The translations under genes and the position numbers were made by a program. Positions 15,501-28,913 of a stretch of DNA of 64,000 nt are shown here, in pieces (positions within the stretch are counted from its first letter, which is position 1; every line of letters begins with the position of its first letter). A model generated the notes under the pieces. The model searched no databases. It had not been told where the DNA came from and was given only the letters and a program-made list of their open reading frames with translations. The stretch comes from Paecilomyces variotii. Taxonomy: Eukaryota. The DNA lies in NCBI GenBank assembly GCA_004022145.1, contig RCNU01000017.1; one strand, given 5' to 3'.

Positions 15501-15716
15501 TAAGGGATCGCCTATGTATATATATGATATAGTGGGTTACTGGCAGATGTCTAAAGGGTTATGGCGAATCGAGCAACATAAGGATTGATATTGCTTGATC
15601 AAAACATCTATAATTTGAAGTTTACTAACACTGCACTGTAAAGACCGGACGCCGCCCACGCAAGTCATTGCTTATGCCTCAGATAGAAGGGAGTTTCGAA
15701 GTGGAAGTAATCCAAT

Positions 15717-16976
15717 CTAATCGAAAGGGATCGGTCGCAGTCCAGAGCCACCCATGCGTTTCCGCATCTCGGCGCCTGCAGCGATAGTACTTGGGACCTT
15801 AATACCACAGCAGTCACCAAACCAATCACTATGATCATGACCTGCATGTGAATGTCCGTGCTCATCAATAGTTGACTGGTCCACCTCCTCGCCTTCTGCT
15901 CGTTCTCCCATTCCTGGTGCGGCCGGGATAAGGCTGCCAAAAAGGAAATGCTGCATGATAGGCAGCTTTCCAAGAACTTCCTTGACGAACATCTTCTTCA
16001 TTCCACTCTCGATCTTAAGCCAGTTCTTGGCACCTGAGATATCATCCAACATGGGGCTATGCCATCGCAGACCCTTGACAGTCTTGACACTGTCCACCCA
16101 TCGCACCTGGTTAAGGTAGATGTACTTATCGCCTTCCTCGTCTAGGATGGCTTGGTTATGGATTGCAAGTGGCGTGATGTAAGGGTGGTCCACAAGCTGA
16201 GCAGCTCCGAAGAGGAACGGCAAGAAGTGGTAGTCATCCAAACCCCAAACACCGTGGGAACCAGCAGGTTCAAGATAGTATGTTGACTGAACTTCGCGCA
16301 TGAGATGCATGTAGTCCACATATACACGGAAAACGAGCATCTGGAAGTCTTCCCGAGTGATCACCCTTATCTGATACAGACAGAGGAGCCACATCATAAA
16401 ATTCAACTCATGGCCTGAGCCATAATCAATTCGGTCCCGCGACCCTAGAGAATGGATCAGATAAGTCGATATCTCATCCACCGCAGCACTGTCTTTGATG
16501 CCAAGTATATCTCGATGCCATGCCGGACTTTGGGCAACTACATCATCGAACAACGAACGGAACGCCGGGTTACCGAATCTCGACCCGCCTTGGTCGATCG
16601 AAGGGTTCTTGTCGAGGAGTGATTTGATATTATGCACGATTGACAAAATTTGCTTGATTCCAGATGATGGATCCTTGTCCTTGATGTCCGTCACAGCACG
16701 CCCGCGTACCGTGTCTGAAAGTCCGAAGATAAACGCTAGAACTAGCTTGTAAGTTGGAGAAGAAAGGAATATCTCATGGTCTTTGGGAGAAAGAATGCGA
16801 CGCGTAGGAGTACTGAAGCTGTGCAATGATAAGTCGATCGGGTCAGGCAAAGGGGGCGTCACTGGCGCTGGTTCCTGTCCTCCGACACGACGGTTCTTGC
16901 GCTCCGTTCGCAGTCCAGAGAGTTTCTTTGAAAGTTCGACGCTGGCTGCCGGCTGGGGAGCAGGTCCAGGAGACAT
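15717..16976 (-). CDS. RRD2: Serine/threonine phosphatase 2A activator 2 (PTPA family)
   Basis: PTPA motifs [34 protein letters not shown] and C-terminal RPIPFD; intronless; likely start MSPGP at 16976. Confidence 0.93.
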   Translation of the reverse strand: MSPGPAPQPAASVELSKKLSGLRTERKNRRVGGQEPAPVTPPLPDPIDLSLHSFSTPTRRILSPKDHEIFLSSPTYKLVLAFIFGLSDTVRGRAVTDIKDKDPSSGIKQILSIVHNIKSLLDKNPSIDQGGSRFGNPAFRSLFDDVVAQSPAWHRDILGIKDSAAVDEISTYLIHSLGSRDRIDYGSGHELNFMMWLLCLYQIRVITREDFQMLVFRVYVDYMHLMREVQSTYYLEPAGSHGVWGLDDYHFLPFLFGAAQLVDHPYITPLAIHNQAILDEEGDKYIYLNQVRWVDSVKTVKGLRWHSPMLDDISGAKNWLKIESGMKKMFVKEVLGKLPIMQHFLFGSLIPAAPGMGERAEGEEVDQSTIDEHGHSHAGHDHSDWFGDCCGIKVPSTIAAGAEMRKRMGGSGLRPIPFD

Positions 16977-17535
16977 TTTCAGGAGCAAATGATGAGACGT
17001 TAAAAGAGGAATAGCATGCCAGTCGGATAGTTGGTGTCTTGATAGATCGATAGTGGTCTGCTTATGCGATCCTAATCGAAGTGGGTTGATGTTAGTTAAG
17101 AGGTGGCACGGATGACATCGAGTGGGGAGCGGCAGAACTGATGGCGGAGAGAGGCGCATCCATCACCGCCTACCATTAACAGATAAGCGGTCATTCTCAG
17201 CACTGCTAATTTTGGCTTAGCTTATAAGCATCCGCGCAGTGCAGATCTCAGCTACTTTATTGGCCAATCCTCGTCTTCTGTTCGAGGGCACATGATCTTC
17301 ACGACAGACATTGAGGCTGACCATTGACTACGATCTGGTTATACGCTGTGTTGCTAGGAACTGCTCCAAAGACACAGAATATCTAGGCAGCTTCAGACCC
17401 AAAAACAATCGTTGGAATTGCAAAAGTTGACTATTCAGCACGATTAGCTCGACGGTCATTGTTGTCACTACTGGGGCGGCGGACCGAGGAACAAGAGAGT
17501 GTAGGACTAAACTGCAAGCCACCCAGCACGCCATC

Positions 17536-18595
17536 ATGAATCTCTTTGAAGCAAGTTCACCTGGCATAGACCGCGACAATGTTTCTCCCGGGGATACTGG
17601 AGCTTCTGGCCCCTCACATCCAGGACCCTCGTCGACTGCAAACGAACATAAGTTGAGTCGCACTCAATCATCGACCAGCACCGTTCGGTTCCAGATGCCA
17701 TCACGGTCCATGTCATCCTCAAACCGAGACCAGCAACCCTCTCACGATGAAGTGACACCGATAATCCACCATGAGTGGAGAGACGAGCGCAATTACGACA
17801 CTACACAGACCTCAAGGAACGGCGAGGTAGGACAGGCTCACTCTCGAGACGCGCAAGGGACAAGCAAGAGTGGATCGGACACAGACAGGGCGGATGACAC
17901 AAGCACTACACAAGAAGAGCCTGGAAAAGAGCGTGGTGCATTGTGGTACAAGCGTATAGCAGAAAAATACGGTAGTCTCGAGTTGGATAACAAGGGCAGT
18001 GTTGCCAGGGATCATCTTGCTCTAGGTACGTTTAGAGGGAAAGCGCTGTGAAAGCGAGAGAAGTCGTCGTTCAAATACCTAAGCTTGCCTTCGGATTCTT
18101 GGACAATATTCTCCCATAATTAGTGACTGAAGTGCAGCTACTGACTATGACTAAATATGTACAGAGCGGACATTCCTTGCCTGGCTCCGGACGTCTCTCG
18201 CATTCGCTTCCATCGGTATTGCGATCACTCAGCTGTTTCGTCTGAACAGTTCCGTGTCAAGCGGCCACAGCTCGACGACAAAAGACTATCCCTCTATCCT
18301 GACTCAATTAATGTCGCCCCCATACTACGGCACTTCAAGTGATGTATCAACCACCGATCAGAGCTCTCGCCTACGGAACGTCGGAAAGCCGCTGGGTGCA
18401 ACTTTTATTGCCATTTCAATCGTGATCCTCCTCCTAGGCTTCCATCGCTACTTTGAAAGCCAATATTGGATAGTCCGAGGCAAGTTCCCAGCAAGCAGGG
18501 GCAGTGTCGCTCTGCTCTCTTTTATCACCGCGGCCTTGATTATAGCCAGCTTGGTGGTTATTCTAGCGATAGCACCCGGGGCGATAGAGTCATAA
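17536..18595 (+). CDS. DUF202 membrane protein
   Basis: A GT-AG intron at 18026-18164 joins ARDHLAL to ERTFLAWLRTSLAFASIG (DUF202 signature); about three hydrophobic helices follow. Confidence 0.88.
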
Positions 18596-18922
18596 CTGGA
18601 ACATAAGGGGAATAGGTTCACCCACAGTTGTACAGTTTGATACGACTTTGTTTTTTTTCTATCTAGCATCAAGCGGGCGTACCTGACGAGAGGTATATAG
18701 TTATGCATGGCGTATTATGTAGCCATCTATACACCAATTTGCAATTTTCATTCCATTTTGATGGTCGAGCCTTTCATTCTTTAGCTTATGACTTCCACTC
18801 ATAGCCTGTTATTACCGCTGAACTCATTAGAGGGGGTTGCTACAGAGAAGGGCGATGGGAATTCATAGAATACAAGAGGAGAAAGAAAATAAAATTTCGC
18901 TAGATTAAAGATACCCAGACCA

Positions 18923-20054
18923 TTAAACCTTGGCCTTCGGCTTGAACAGAGCCTCCTGCGTGTTGTAAGTGTACTTCAGATCCAAGTGCCAGTAGTTCGC
19001 CGTGGTCGGCTTCGTGATCAGCCAAGCCTGGTCCAAAGCTTCCACCACTTCTTCAGGAAGTGGTCCCTTCTCCAGATCCCGCAAGTTGCTCTCCAGCTGG
19101 GAAAGGCTGCTAACACCGATGATAATACCGTCGCGACCTCCATCCTTGATGTTCAGAGCCGAGTGGTGGCGCAGCCAGCGCAGGGCCGTCTCCAGCATCG
19201 TCAGACCGTGCTTTTCAACCACGGGCTCGATCGTCTTCAATGCCTCGAAAGTGGCATCCTTGAAGTAACGCTTGCGATACATCTCTCCGGACTTCGCCTT
19301 GTCACTGTATCTGCCATCTTGGGGAACCAAGTCCTTCGACTTGATCTTTCCAGAGAACAAACCACCAGCCAGGGGGTTGTAGACGACAATGTCCATACCG
19401 TAGCGTCGGCAAGCGTGGATGAGTTCAGTTTCAATAGATCGTGCTGTAGATAAGTCAGTCAGTGGTCACGAACTAGGTATTGGTACCAAATGGTAGAATA
19501 ACTACAGGGGGTGAGAACTTACTAATGGCATTGTACATTCCCTGGTAGATCGTCGGACGGACCCATCCTCTCTCGTTGCACATGGTCACAATCTCTGCGA
19601 CTTCGAATGCAGTGAAGTTGCTCAGACCAAGCTGCACGAACTTTCCCTCCTTGTGCAGCTGATTGACGGCCTCTAGGGTCTCTGAGAAGGGCACAGATCG
19701 GTCGGCCGCGTGCAAGTAGAAGATGTCAACAGTGTCTGTTCCCAGCTCCTTCAGAGACGTCTCGAGCTGGGTGCGGACAACATCGGGCTTGTGGTCACCA
19801 GGAGTCCTGGGGTACCACTTGGTCGCCAAGGTCAATCCACGCTCTTTCCACTTCGCCTCGCGTGTCCAGGCTTCCTGCTTGCCGCCAACGTATACCCGAG
19901 CTGTATCAATCTCATTGTATCCCTGCTGCTGGAAGTAGTCCAGACACTTGGTGAAGTCGTCAAAGTTGGTGACACGGGCGCCAGTGGACTCGTCAGGCCC
20001 AAAGGTCATCAACCCGAGGATCACCCGGGGCTTCAATTGCTGCGTGATAAGCAT
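18923..20054 (-). CDS. Aldo-keto reductase (AKR7/aflatoxin-aldehyde-reductase-like)
   Basis: ILGLMTFG, EIDTARVY, VDIFYLH, LGLSNF, PTIYQGMYN, YNPLAGG; intron 19444-19522. Confidence 0.92.
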
Positions 20055-21763
20055 TTTGATGGATATATTGACTTTTCAGTGTCCAAGCACCTATGTTTAG
20101 AGGGGAAGAGATGGCTGTGTTTCATACCGCTTTGAAATCAGCGACGGCGGGGTTCGGCGGGGTAATAATACCTGTAATACCTTATGGACGTCAATCGGCA
20201 CTGGTGCCGGTATCAAGATAAGCGGCGTCTTTAACCGCGACCAGTACTGTATAAGGGACTCAACTCCTAGGAACCTTTACAAACGCAATTTGCCGCATAA
20301 TATTCTTGAACTAATCGTTGATTCCCTCAACAGACAACCCCAACTGCTACGCATCCTAATCCGTTAATGGCGTATACTCATTGGCCTCAATTCCCACCTC
20401 GTTGATAACGTTCACCCGTCTCCGCACTGGTGATTTGTCGAATCCACGATCTTCCTCTAAGGAGTTCTCCTTTTTGGTCGAATCAGTTAGGATCCTTCGA
20501 CATGATTGTTCTAATCGTTAATGACACTGTACGCAACACGGCATTACATCAGAAACTAAGGAGCTAAGACCAGGTAAATATGGTCGGCCCTTATCTAGGT
20601 AGATGGACTGAACAACAATTGTCTGATCTGATAGCAGGCATTTCCTCTAGTAACCGTGCTACTCGTGGACGAAGAAAGTGAACGTCCGTGGATTCAGAAA
20701 AGCCGCACTCTATACAACTTCGAAAACCACTTGAGTTCGAAATTCAACACACAGAAGCCAGACTAGACCGCTGGTGGACCAAGAAACCAAGATAGTGGTC
20801 AACCTCATTAGATCCTTGTGCATCGAGTTGGTCAGTCTTTGAGTAGTGTTCTTGCCGATAATGTCCCAGCGTCTCTATTGTCAACTCCGCAGATGCCTTA
20901 TAAACTCTCCGCATAATCGATCAGATCTTGAAGAGATGTCTCTAGGTAGTTCCGTGATCTATCTCTGAGGTAGTCATATTTTACTATGGCTATTTCCTCG
21001 ATCCTTCTCGTAAGCGCAAAGGCTTGGCTCTCGACTGGACCTGTGTCCTATTATGTAGTTACTGCCTGCTATTATATAATTCTAAACTCGCCCAATGGCC
21101 TGGAGATAGTCAATAACCAGATTACTCAAACCTCTTCTTTTCAACAAACATGAATTGCATTGGCCTTACGCTCTGCTTGGCCAGGTTTACCCCAGAAGCG
21201 TCACGTGCAGCACATGCTTCCCCGGATATCCAAGCGGGACGAAGGTCTATCTGCACCGAAGTCCGTAAGCCCAACTTCGCAACTCTCCGAGTCTCGACTC
21301 GCAGCATCGTCAACCTTGCCCTGTTCACTCTTCGCTCGTTCTGGATATTGGAGCTGGACCTCCAGATTGATCATCGGCCGTACGCGTCACCTGCCAAGGC
21401 TTGTCCCGGCGTAAGGCAGGTGGAATTGTCCGCGTGGCCTGCAACCGTGGCCGCAGCATCTCAGCCTCGAAACTGAACGTCATGAGAATCGCATATACAC
21501 ATATTGATTCACAACGACAAATTGAATTCTGCAGCGTTACTTGTCTGTTACTATTTTACCTTCCTTCGACAATTACCAAATGATATTTCTCCAAACTGCT
21601 ACATTATCGGTGTCAGCGTGAAAGGGATTAGGAGGTCCGGTACCTTATATCAGCGGCAACTCTTTAGTCCTTGATCCTAGAAGGACTTTGAGCCCGCACT
21701 TAGAAACAGCAATATACTAAATCCCAATTTCCGACTGGCATACGTGCGCCGTCTCGGAGGAAA

Positions 21764-23313
21764 GTGGCTTCAGACAACGTATCGCCGTCTGAGCGGAGGG
21801 AGGAGGAAGAAGAAGGTCGCGCAATAGTGTGGGAATCTGCAGCTTCAGACGACGAGATGCCAGCAACTCGCCCATCGAGCCAGCGCTCAGCAAGCGGTCG
21901 TTCCCACCACCAGCCTTTACTCAAAGATGACCGTCGGGGCCGACAACCCAGCCTCATGCCTACCCTGGATGGTCACGAAGTAGGACATGCTGCTAGGAGG
22001 ACAACATTCAGAAGTAGAACCCCAGTTTATGATGCTAAAAATGCGACCCGCAAGAAATACATCTATGCCTCGGGATTTTTACTTTTGAGCCTGATTAGCT
22101 TCACCGTCCAGACGGAGACGGCTTCATATATCACAAATGAGCTGCACTGGAACAATCCATACTGCATGCTGTAAGTTTTCCTGTCGTCGCCCACGGAATC
22201 CCGGATATTAGAACAAGTACTTATTAAAACGACAACTAGCTATATCACCCACGGTTCCTGGGTAGTCCTCTGGCCAATCCAACTTTTAATCCTGCGGCTC
22301 CAGAAACGACAGCTCTCTTGGGAAGCGTTTTGGCGGCGCCACGTATATCTCCTCCGGACGACCGCCCAGATGGTGGAGTCTGCCGATCTGCATCTCACGC
22401 AGCGCGATTACCATCGCTCTCCGGTACCATATATGCTCAAAACGACTGCATTCGTCACGACGGCGCTCACTATTGCGGGGGGTTCGTGGTACTTAGCAGT
22501 TAACATGACAACTGCAAGCGACCTGACCGCCATTTACAACTGTTCTGCCTTCTTCGCATATGCATTTTCCGTCCCTCTATTGGGAGATAAATTTAGATTT
22601 GACAAGGTGTTTTCGGTCATTGTGGCCATCATTGGCGTTCTTGTGGTCGCCTATGGGGACAGCAGTCCAGAGAAGGGTGACGGTGCTGCTGGACAGCAGC
22701 AAAACAGGCCGCTGGGAAACATTATCATTGGAATTGGAAGCGTGTTGTATGGTTTGTACGAGGTGCTGTACAAAAGATACGCATGCCCGCCAGAGGGGAC
22801 CAGCGCAGGGCGAAGTATGATCTTCGCCAACACTTTTGGCAGTCTTATCGGAGCTTTCACTCTCCTCGTGCTCTGGGTTCCCCTGCCAATCCTGCATGTT
22901 CTCGGATTCGAAAAGTTCAGTTTCCCTACAGGCGAAGTCGCTCGGGTTCTCTTAATTTCCGTTATCGCCAATGCTAGTAAGTGTTGCATTACCATCCAAT
23001 CAGACAAGAAAAAAAAAAAAAAAGAAACAGAACTGAACTAACCATTGCAGCATTTTCCGGTTCCTTCCTCGTTCTTATATCTCTAACATCACCTGTCCTA
23101 TCCTCCGTGGCCGCTCTCCTCACCATCATCATTGTTGGTGTAGCCGACTGGCTCCGCACCAGCAAGACACCCTCCGCGGCATCCTTCATTGGCTGCATCT
23201 TAATCATCATCGCATTCTTGCTTCTAAGCTGGAGCACGTATCGAGAACTGGAAGAAGAACGGAGAAGACGCCTTTCAGACGTTGGAGTCGACTCTGATAG
23301 TGATGATGAGTAA
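21764..23313 (+). CDS. Drug/metabolite transporter (EamA/SLC35F-like) membrane protein
   Basis: Multi-TM ORFs joined by introns 22171-22239 and 22977-23050; SDLTAIYNCSAFFAY motif; start is either GTG 21764 or ATG 21857. Confidence 0.85.
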
Positions 23314-23429
23314 TTTATTCCATTTAAATCAATTCAAGCAAGCTGCTGCTCTCAAACGGCAAGGAATAGGAACAGGCGATATCCTCCGGAGCAATTGGGG
23401 TCTGTTTCGTATGGTGTGTTTTTGGGGTT

Positions 23430-23467
23430 TCTTTTTTATTTTTTTTTTTTTCCTTTGGTTTTCTTTT

Positions 23468-23500
<33 letters not shown>

Positions 23501-23506
23501 TTTTTA
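23430..23506. repeat. Poly-T low-complexity tract
   Basis: Near-pure T runs between the convergent DMT and ARP2 3' ends. Confidence 0.9.
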
Positions 23507-24027
23507 TAGAATCAATCGTATACCCGGGGACGGTTTTACGAACCATATTCATCGGATAGAGCTTATATCTAGTGATTTCTTACGTTTTTTCTTTTTAGAC
23601 ATCTGTATCGTTATGCGAGGGGGGGGGTGTTCATTTTTCTAGATTTATAGTTGGTCATTCGACCATATTTTCGGATACATCCACGAAGACCTCCAACGAG
23701 TGTATGTATGTTCATAGCGTGTCTCATTTGACTATCTTCTTGGTCCATGTTAACTACTGCTTTGATGCCCGGTAGGAAAGACCAATTAAGTGTAAATACC
23801 AAATCTCCACGCGAAAGGGTTTGCTTTTTCTATACTGGAACTGATAGCTGGCTAGGTACACTTGAAAAAACAGGCTGGCTCTGGCCGGGGTAGTAAATGC
23901 GCCTTGAAGGAACAGATGGGAAAGGCGGATTCAAAGGGAGAAGTGAGGGGACGCTAGTTGCGATTGGAAGGTAAAATGGCCAGTTCGATAGATGGATCGC
24001 AAGGGGATTGATTATATAGAAGTTTCA

Positions 24028-25665
24028 CTATCTGGGGCCGAGCTTGGCCAGGGCGCGAGCACCTTCTTCCTGCCACTCCTGTCGAGTCACCCACATGTCT
24101 TCCTTATCTGCGATCTGTTTGAGATGGTCAGCTATTTGACTCTTTCGCTTTCTTCGTAATGGCAGCTGAAGGGGGCTACTTACAAGGTTGGCGAGCACAG
24201 CACCACCAAGGAAGACCATGTGTCTTCGTCGCGGCGGGTCTTCGATACGGACCTTAAATTTCTGCAACGTTGTTAGCCGACGAAATACGTCCGATTGTTT
24301 GGTGCAGACGGATGCCGCAAAGAAAGCGTATAAGGAAATCTGGAGTATGCATACGTTCAATCTCTCCGGGTTTCCTTGCAGAACTCTCGTAAGCCAGAGC
24401 TGCTTGATTTCCTTCTCCAAACGCGAAGGCAGACCCGGGTACATGCTGCTACCACCACTGAGCACGATAGCCTTGTACAGACTGGAGCGAACATCGACGT
24501 CTGTGCCTTGGATTGTGTTGAACAGTAGCTCTCCGATACCGGGCTGGTCAACGTCCACGAGATGCGGCTGGAACATGCACTCGGGGGCCTCGAATCGTTC
24601 GCTTCCAACCCTGATCACTCGACCGTCAGGAAGGGTGTATGATTCGACCAGAACGGTTGTATCCTCCGAAAGTCTCTGGTCCAGCTCGAGATCGTACGAC
24701 ACATAACAGAGCTTCTCCTTAATTTGGCGCACGGTCTCAAAGTCCGCAGTTCGGTTCAACGCATAACCGCGGCGGAGGAGGAGGGCGATCAGGTTGCGGG
24801 TGACATCTCGACCAGCGACGTCAAGTCGTTTGATATGGTGGTTTAGGACCGTCGATTCATAGACAGGAACAATGTGGGTGACACCGTCACCAGAGTCAAC
24901 AACGACACCGCTGCTAAGACCTAGTAGGTGGGTACGGAATTAGCGCAGCTCTACACCCCCCAATTTCCAAGACACATTTCAGAAACATACCCTGAGCATA
25001 CAGAGCAAGCACTGCCTGAATCGCAACATATACACCTCCGAAACCGTAACCCTCCAGCATGACCTCAGCCATCTTTTCGCGGTTCTTCAGGGGGTTCATC
25101 GGAGGCTCAGTCAGGAGAATCTTCCGGCCGGTAGGATCGATCTTCATCTTCTCGTAGAATGTGTAGTTCCATAGATGTTGCATGTCATCCCATTTCTTCA
25201 CGATACCATTCTCCATCTGTTGCAGCATATGTGTCAATTAATGTGTCTGCCTTCCGCGAGGCGGGGTAGAGGTATCGCATCGCTGCCTCTCCGGGGAGGA
25301 TTGCTGGAACGTACGGGATAGCTAATCTGCAGCATTGATCTCGCAGCCGCCGCCTCATCACCACACATGATATCCTTGACGACAATATCCCCGGCCTGTT
25401 CTTCAGATCGTAGAATGGGCCGCCCCACTATGGAGGGGAACTGATGCTCTGGGAAGTTCTAGATAATGGGATAACCATTAGCCAACATGTTCAGAGATTC
25501 AACAGACGGGCAATGATGGGGCGACTCTACCTGCGCGGCATATCCGACCTTCAGGAAACCGGTTCCTCCGTCGAGCACTGGTGTTGTATGTTAGTTGACA
25601 CGGTTCTTAGCGACTGGGTTTCGGGAGGGACTCGGTGGAAGCTCACCGATGGGCGCGTCCGCCAT
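24028..25665 (-). CDS. ARP2: Actin-related protein 2 (Arp2/3 complex), multi-exon
   Basis: [67 protein letters not shown]. Confidence 0.96.
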
Positions 25666-26371
25666 GGTTAAAGCTGCTGTCCTTGATGGGCTAAGAGGAG
25701 ATACCGGCTCCTGAACAAATCTATCGGATCTCCAGACCAGAAGAAGGAAAGAGAGAGGTTGCGGAAGGTGAAAGGGTAGTTGGGTATGGCGCAGGTGGAC
25801 GGAGTTGCTTGCGCTTCCCCAGGCCGAGTACGACAGCAGTCTGGAGGTGACGATGAGTCCGCCCAATGAGGCTTAGAGACGGCAAGCCACTCCACACAAA
25901 CATCCGCCAACGGCTCACCAAGTCTCAACATCTTCCTTGATAGATAACCATACTAATGACTGGCATCAGACAGAAGATATTTATGCGTCTGGGTATCTAT
26001 CATTGTTATCATTTGTTGTCCTGTCAGAAACTGTGAATGCTCTATTATTGACATTCTTTAGCTGGTACTGGAATCACCCGACCAAAAGACAATGAGCGAA
26101 CACGAGTTCTCTCTCAGAGGACGAAAGGATGTGATTACATGTTCCTCTAGAACGGAGAATGCATATTCAGGATATATTTAATATTCTATTGTCCAGCAAT
26201 GGCGTCTTCTAAAAGAAGTAATGACTGATCATGAGATATTCCATCTATCCGTGAAGCATAAACGGACAAGCATATTTCTAGAAGGCTGAACAGGGAGTAT
26301 GCCGAAAAGTACAGGAAATGATTGGTATAAAGAAAAACAAAGAAACATATAAAGTGTGGAGAATAAGCGGA

Positions 26372-27525
26372 TTATTTTCCTCCTTGTCGACTCTTTTCGT
26401 TCCAGAAGGCAAGACCGGCCTTCTGACGCAGAATTCCATACATGGAGCTGCTGTCAAGGCACTCGCCTCCGTACTCTCTTGCAGCAATCATGTTCTTCTG
26501 GGCCACCTCCAGTGCTGGGAGCTCGACGTTTGCGTCCTTGGCCATCTTGAGAGCATGCGCTGCATCCTTGATTGACAGAGATACACCAAATCCAGGACGC
26601 GTGTTCAGAGGCGGTGCGTAAATACCAGTGGTGAGTCTCTGAGAGTAGCTTCCAGCAACAGGACCAAATGCCTCTGTGATGAGTTCTTCCATTGGGCCAG
26701 TCCCCAGTCCCGTACGTTCCGCGAAGACCTGTGCTTCTCCCACAGTCTCCATCAAGCTGACAGTCACAATGTTTCTACCACAAAGTGTCAGTAGATTGTA
26801 CCAGATGAGAGTCTATTGAGGGGTTGGAAGGAAACAAATAACATACCCTGCGATTTTCAGCAAAGAAGACTTCTTAGGCTCATCTCCGCAGTCGATGACC
26901 TTCCTTCCCATAACATCCTGAATAAGTGGCTTGATGGTCTCACGGGCCGTTTTCGGCCCGCCGATAGCGAAAACCAGCTTCCCGGCGGCAGCGACAGGAG
27001 CTCCTCCAAAGACAGGGGCGCAGACGAAAGTCGCATCCTTCTCTTTCAGTTTCGCTGCAGCTGCACCGATCGTGTCGGGGTGCACAGTCGAACAGTCAAC
27101 AAAGATCTTATCCTTGAGTGACGCTCCCGAGCTGACAGCTGAAGAGACAAGATTGTCTAGAACAGCGTCATTGGCAACCTAGGCCATATCAATGTCTCGC
27201 AGTCAGTAAATCCGTACATTGCTCTGCAGAATCAGTATATGCTCTCACCATGGTAAAGATAATGCCGCACTTAGAGACAAGCTTCTCAAAGCTCGTTTCC
27301 TCTTCAGCGCCCAGCTCCTGCAGAGGGACACCCCTGGACCGTGTGCGGTTGGAGAATATCAAGCCCTTTCCCTTGGTAGCAACAAGGTGCTTTTGGAGGT
27401 TCGTGGCCATTCCAAGACCCATGGACCCCAGGCCATACTGCGCGATACATCGATCCCGTCAGTTCCGATGATCCGGAGCAAGGGTGGTGAAGACTCACCC
27501 AGCCGATCTGAACGACGCTCGCCAT
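26372..27525 (-). CDS. 6-phosphogluconate/3-hydroxyisobutyrate dehydrogenase-family NAD(P)-binding oxidoreductase, multi-exon
   Basis: YGLGSMGLGMA Rossmann motif, DCSTVHPD, APVFG, LLKIAG|N, KDAAHA. Confidence 0.88.
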
Positions 27526-28913
27526 GATGCTATCTTATCAGAAGCCTCTGCTGTATCTTTTCAAAGTTTCTATTAGCCTTTCTAGGACGATAGAGAATCG
27601 AAAGGACTGCAACGTCAAAACAAACCTGTAGCTCCCGTCGAGAGATGCACAACCCACACAGGAAAAGAAAAGCAGAATGTAGAAGAGTCGTACCACTGTC
27701 GAATTCCAAATGACGTCTTTCCGTGTTTAAGTAGTTTCCCACCTCAAGAACAATAATTAATGACTGTCGTCCGACTCCGAGACCGTGGAGCTTTCCAGTT
27801 CACCTTAGCTCCCGAGGAATTATCGGCCGAAAGATAAGCCATTCCTCTTGGGATTAGCAGTTACATGAGCCAGAAATAACTGCCATATTCGGTGCTTATT
27901 TCCCAATATAGAGACCCAGTTTTTGAGTCCTTTTGTTCTCAATTTCTCAATTTAAGACCCTCTTTTTCTTACTTGTGAGTCACCACTCTGCCGCCATTCC
28001 GGGAAAGGGTCGGGCAATAATTTGCAGTATCTATGCTGTATCTACTCCGTACATTGCTACCAAGGTCAGATGGAACAACGTGGAGTAACTAGTTCGTTCT
28101 CCCATTTCTCTTCGATAAGCGATCGGGAAACTTCTGAGCCAATCGGACGATATAGATAAGAAATCAAACTTGCCCCTCCAACGACAAGTAATTAATACAC
28201 TGTACGAATGGTGCTGTGTGTGATCTTTGTTACCTAGGTACCCGGCAATGACTTCTTAATATGTAATAGTATAGGAGAAATAGTTCCTTAAATGCTTCTC
28301 TAAACTTGTCTAGGTTACCTTTCGAATAGTCAATAGAAGTCACCTATCTATGACTCCTTTCATGCAAGTAATAATATGCGCTGTCGCGACCGTCGGAAAT
28401 GTAGAATCAAATAAGCTTTCCGCGGAGAGTCCGGAACATCGTGTCTGAGATATACCTCAGTCAATTCAAGAGGCTATAACAAAATACAAAGTATCTTTCA
28501 TCCTTTGTCTACGTAAATTACCTGGGATATTCGGTAGTGCTTCAAGGATAAAAACAAGAGATGGTCAAGTTGACCGGACCGGTCATATATCATTGTAGCC
28601 CAGGACAGACATGGCAGGTAACGCCAACACCACTCCTGGAAAATAAGCCGCCCAGACAGTGTTTATGTTCTTAAGGACCCGACGAAATGATATAGGAGGA
28701 ATTGAAATAGAAAAGAAGGGTTCCATTATAAATACAAAGGACTTTATAAGCTAAAGAGAAAGCGTAAAAAAAAAGAGAGACAGGTACCACACCCAGTCCT
28801 AAATCTCTCCCCGATAACACCTATAACTCCTTTTTGAGAGAGACAAAACCACAGGAATAACCTGCTATACACAGCTTCACACCTTTCGGAAGGTTGTCTT
28901 CAGTAAAGAAAAA

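Larger units (their letters stand above)
1..15530. other. AT-rich RIP-mutated transposon block (left)
   Basis: Strong TpA excess with CpA/TpG and CpG depletion; no ORFs in the supplied track; TE motifs become readable after reversing C->T/G->A. Right edge is approximate because it grades over ~15360-15540. Confidence 0.95.
3151..15530. other. Unidentified RIP-degraded relic hosting element A-left (3151-6776 and 12531-15530)
   Basis: Interrupted by A-left with a TSD. Looks coding on the + strand near its end (~15190-15530 reads ...NRKRYRIAAAEQMLKRAFLRDRL), but no family could be assigned. Confidence 0.4.

Noticed and set aside
16977-17159. 61-aa N-terminal extension of RRD2 from the upstream ATG
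   Set aside because: No PTPA-like sequence; it lies in the short divergent promoter region; ATG 16976 has good context (AAAATGT).
23282-23509. Phe-rich 75-aa ORF
   Set aside because: Translation of a poly-T tract.
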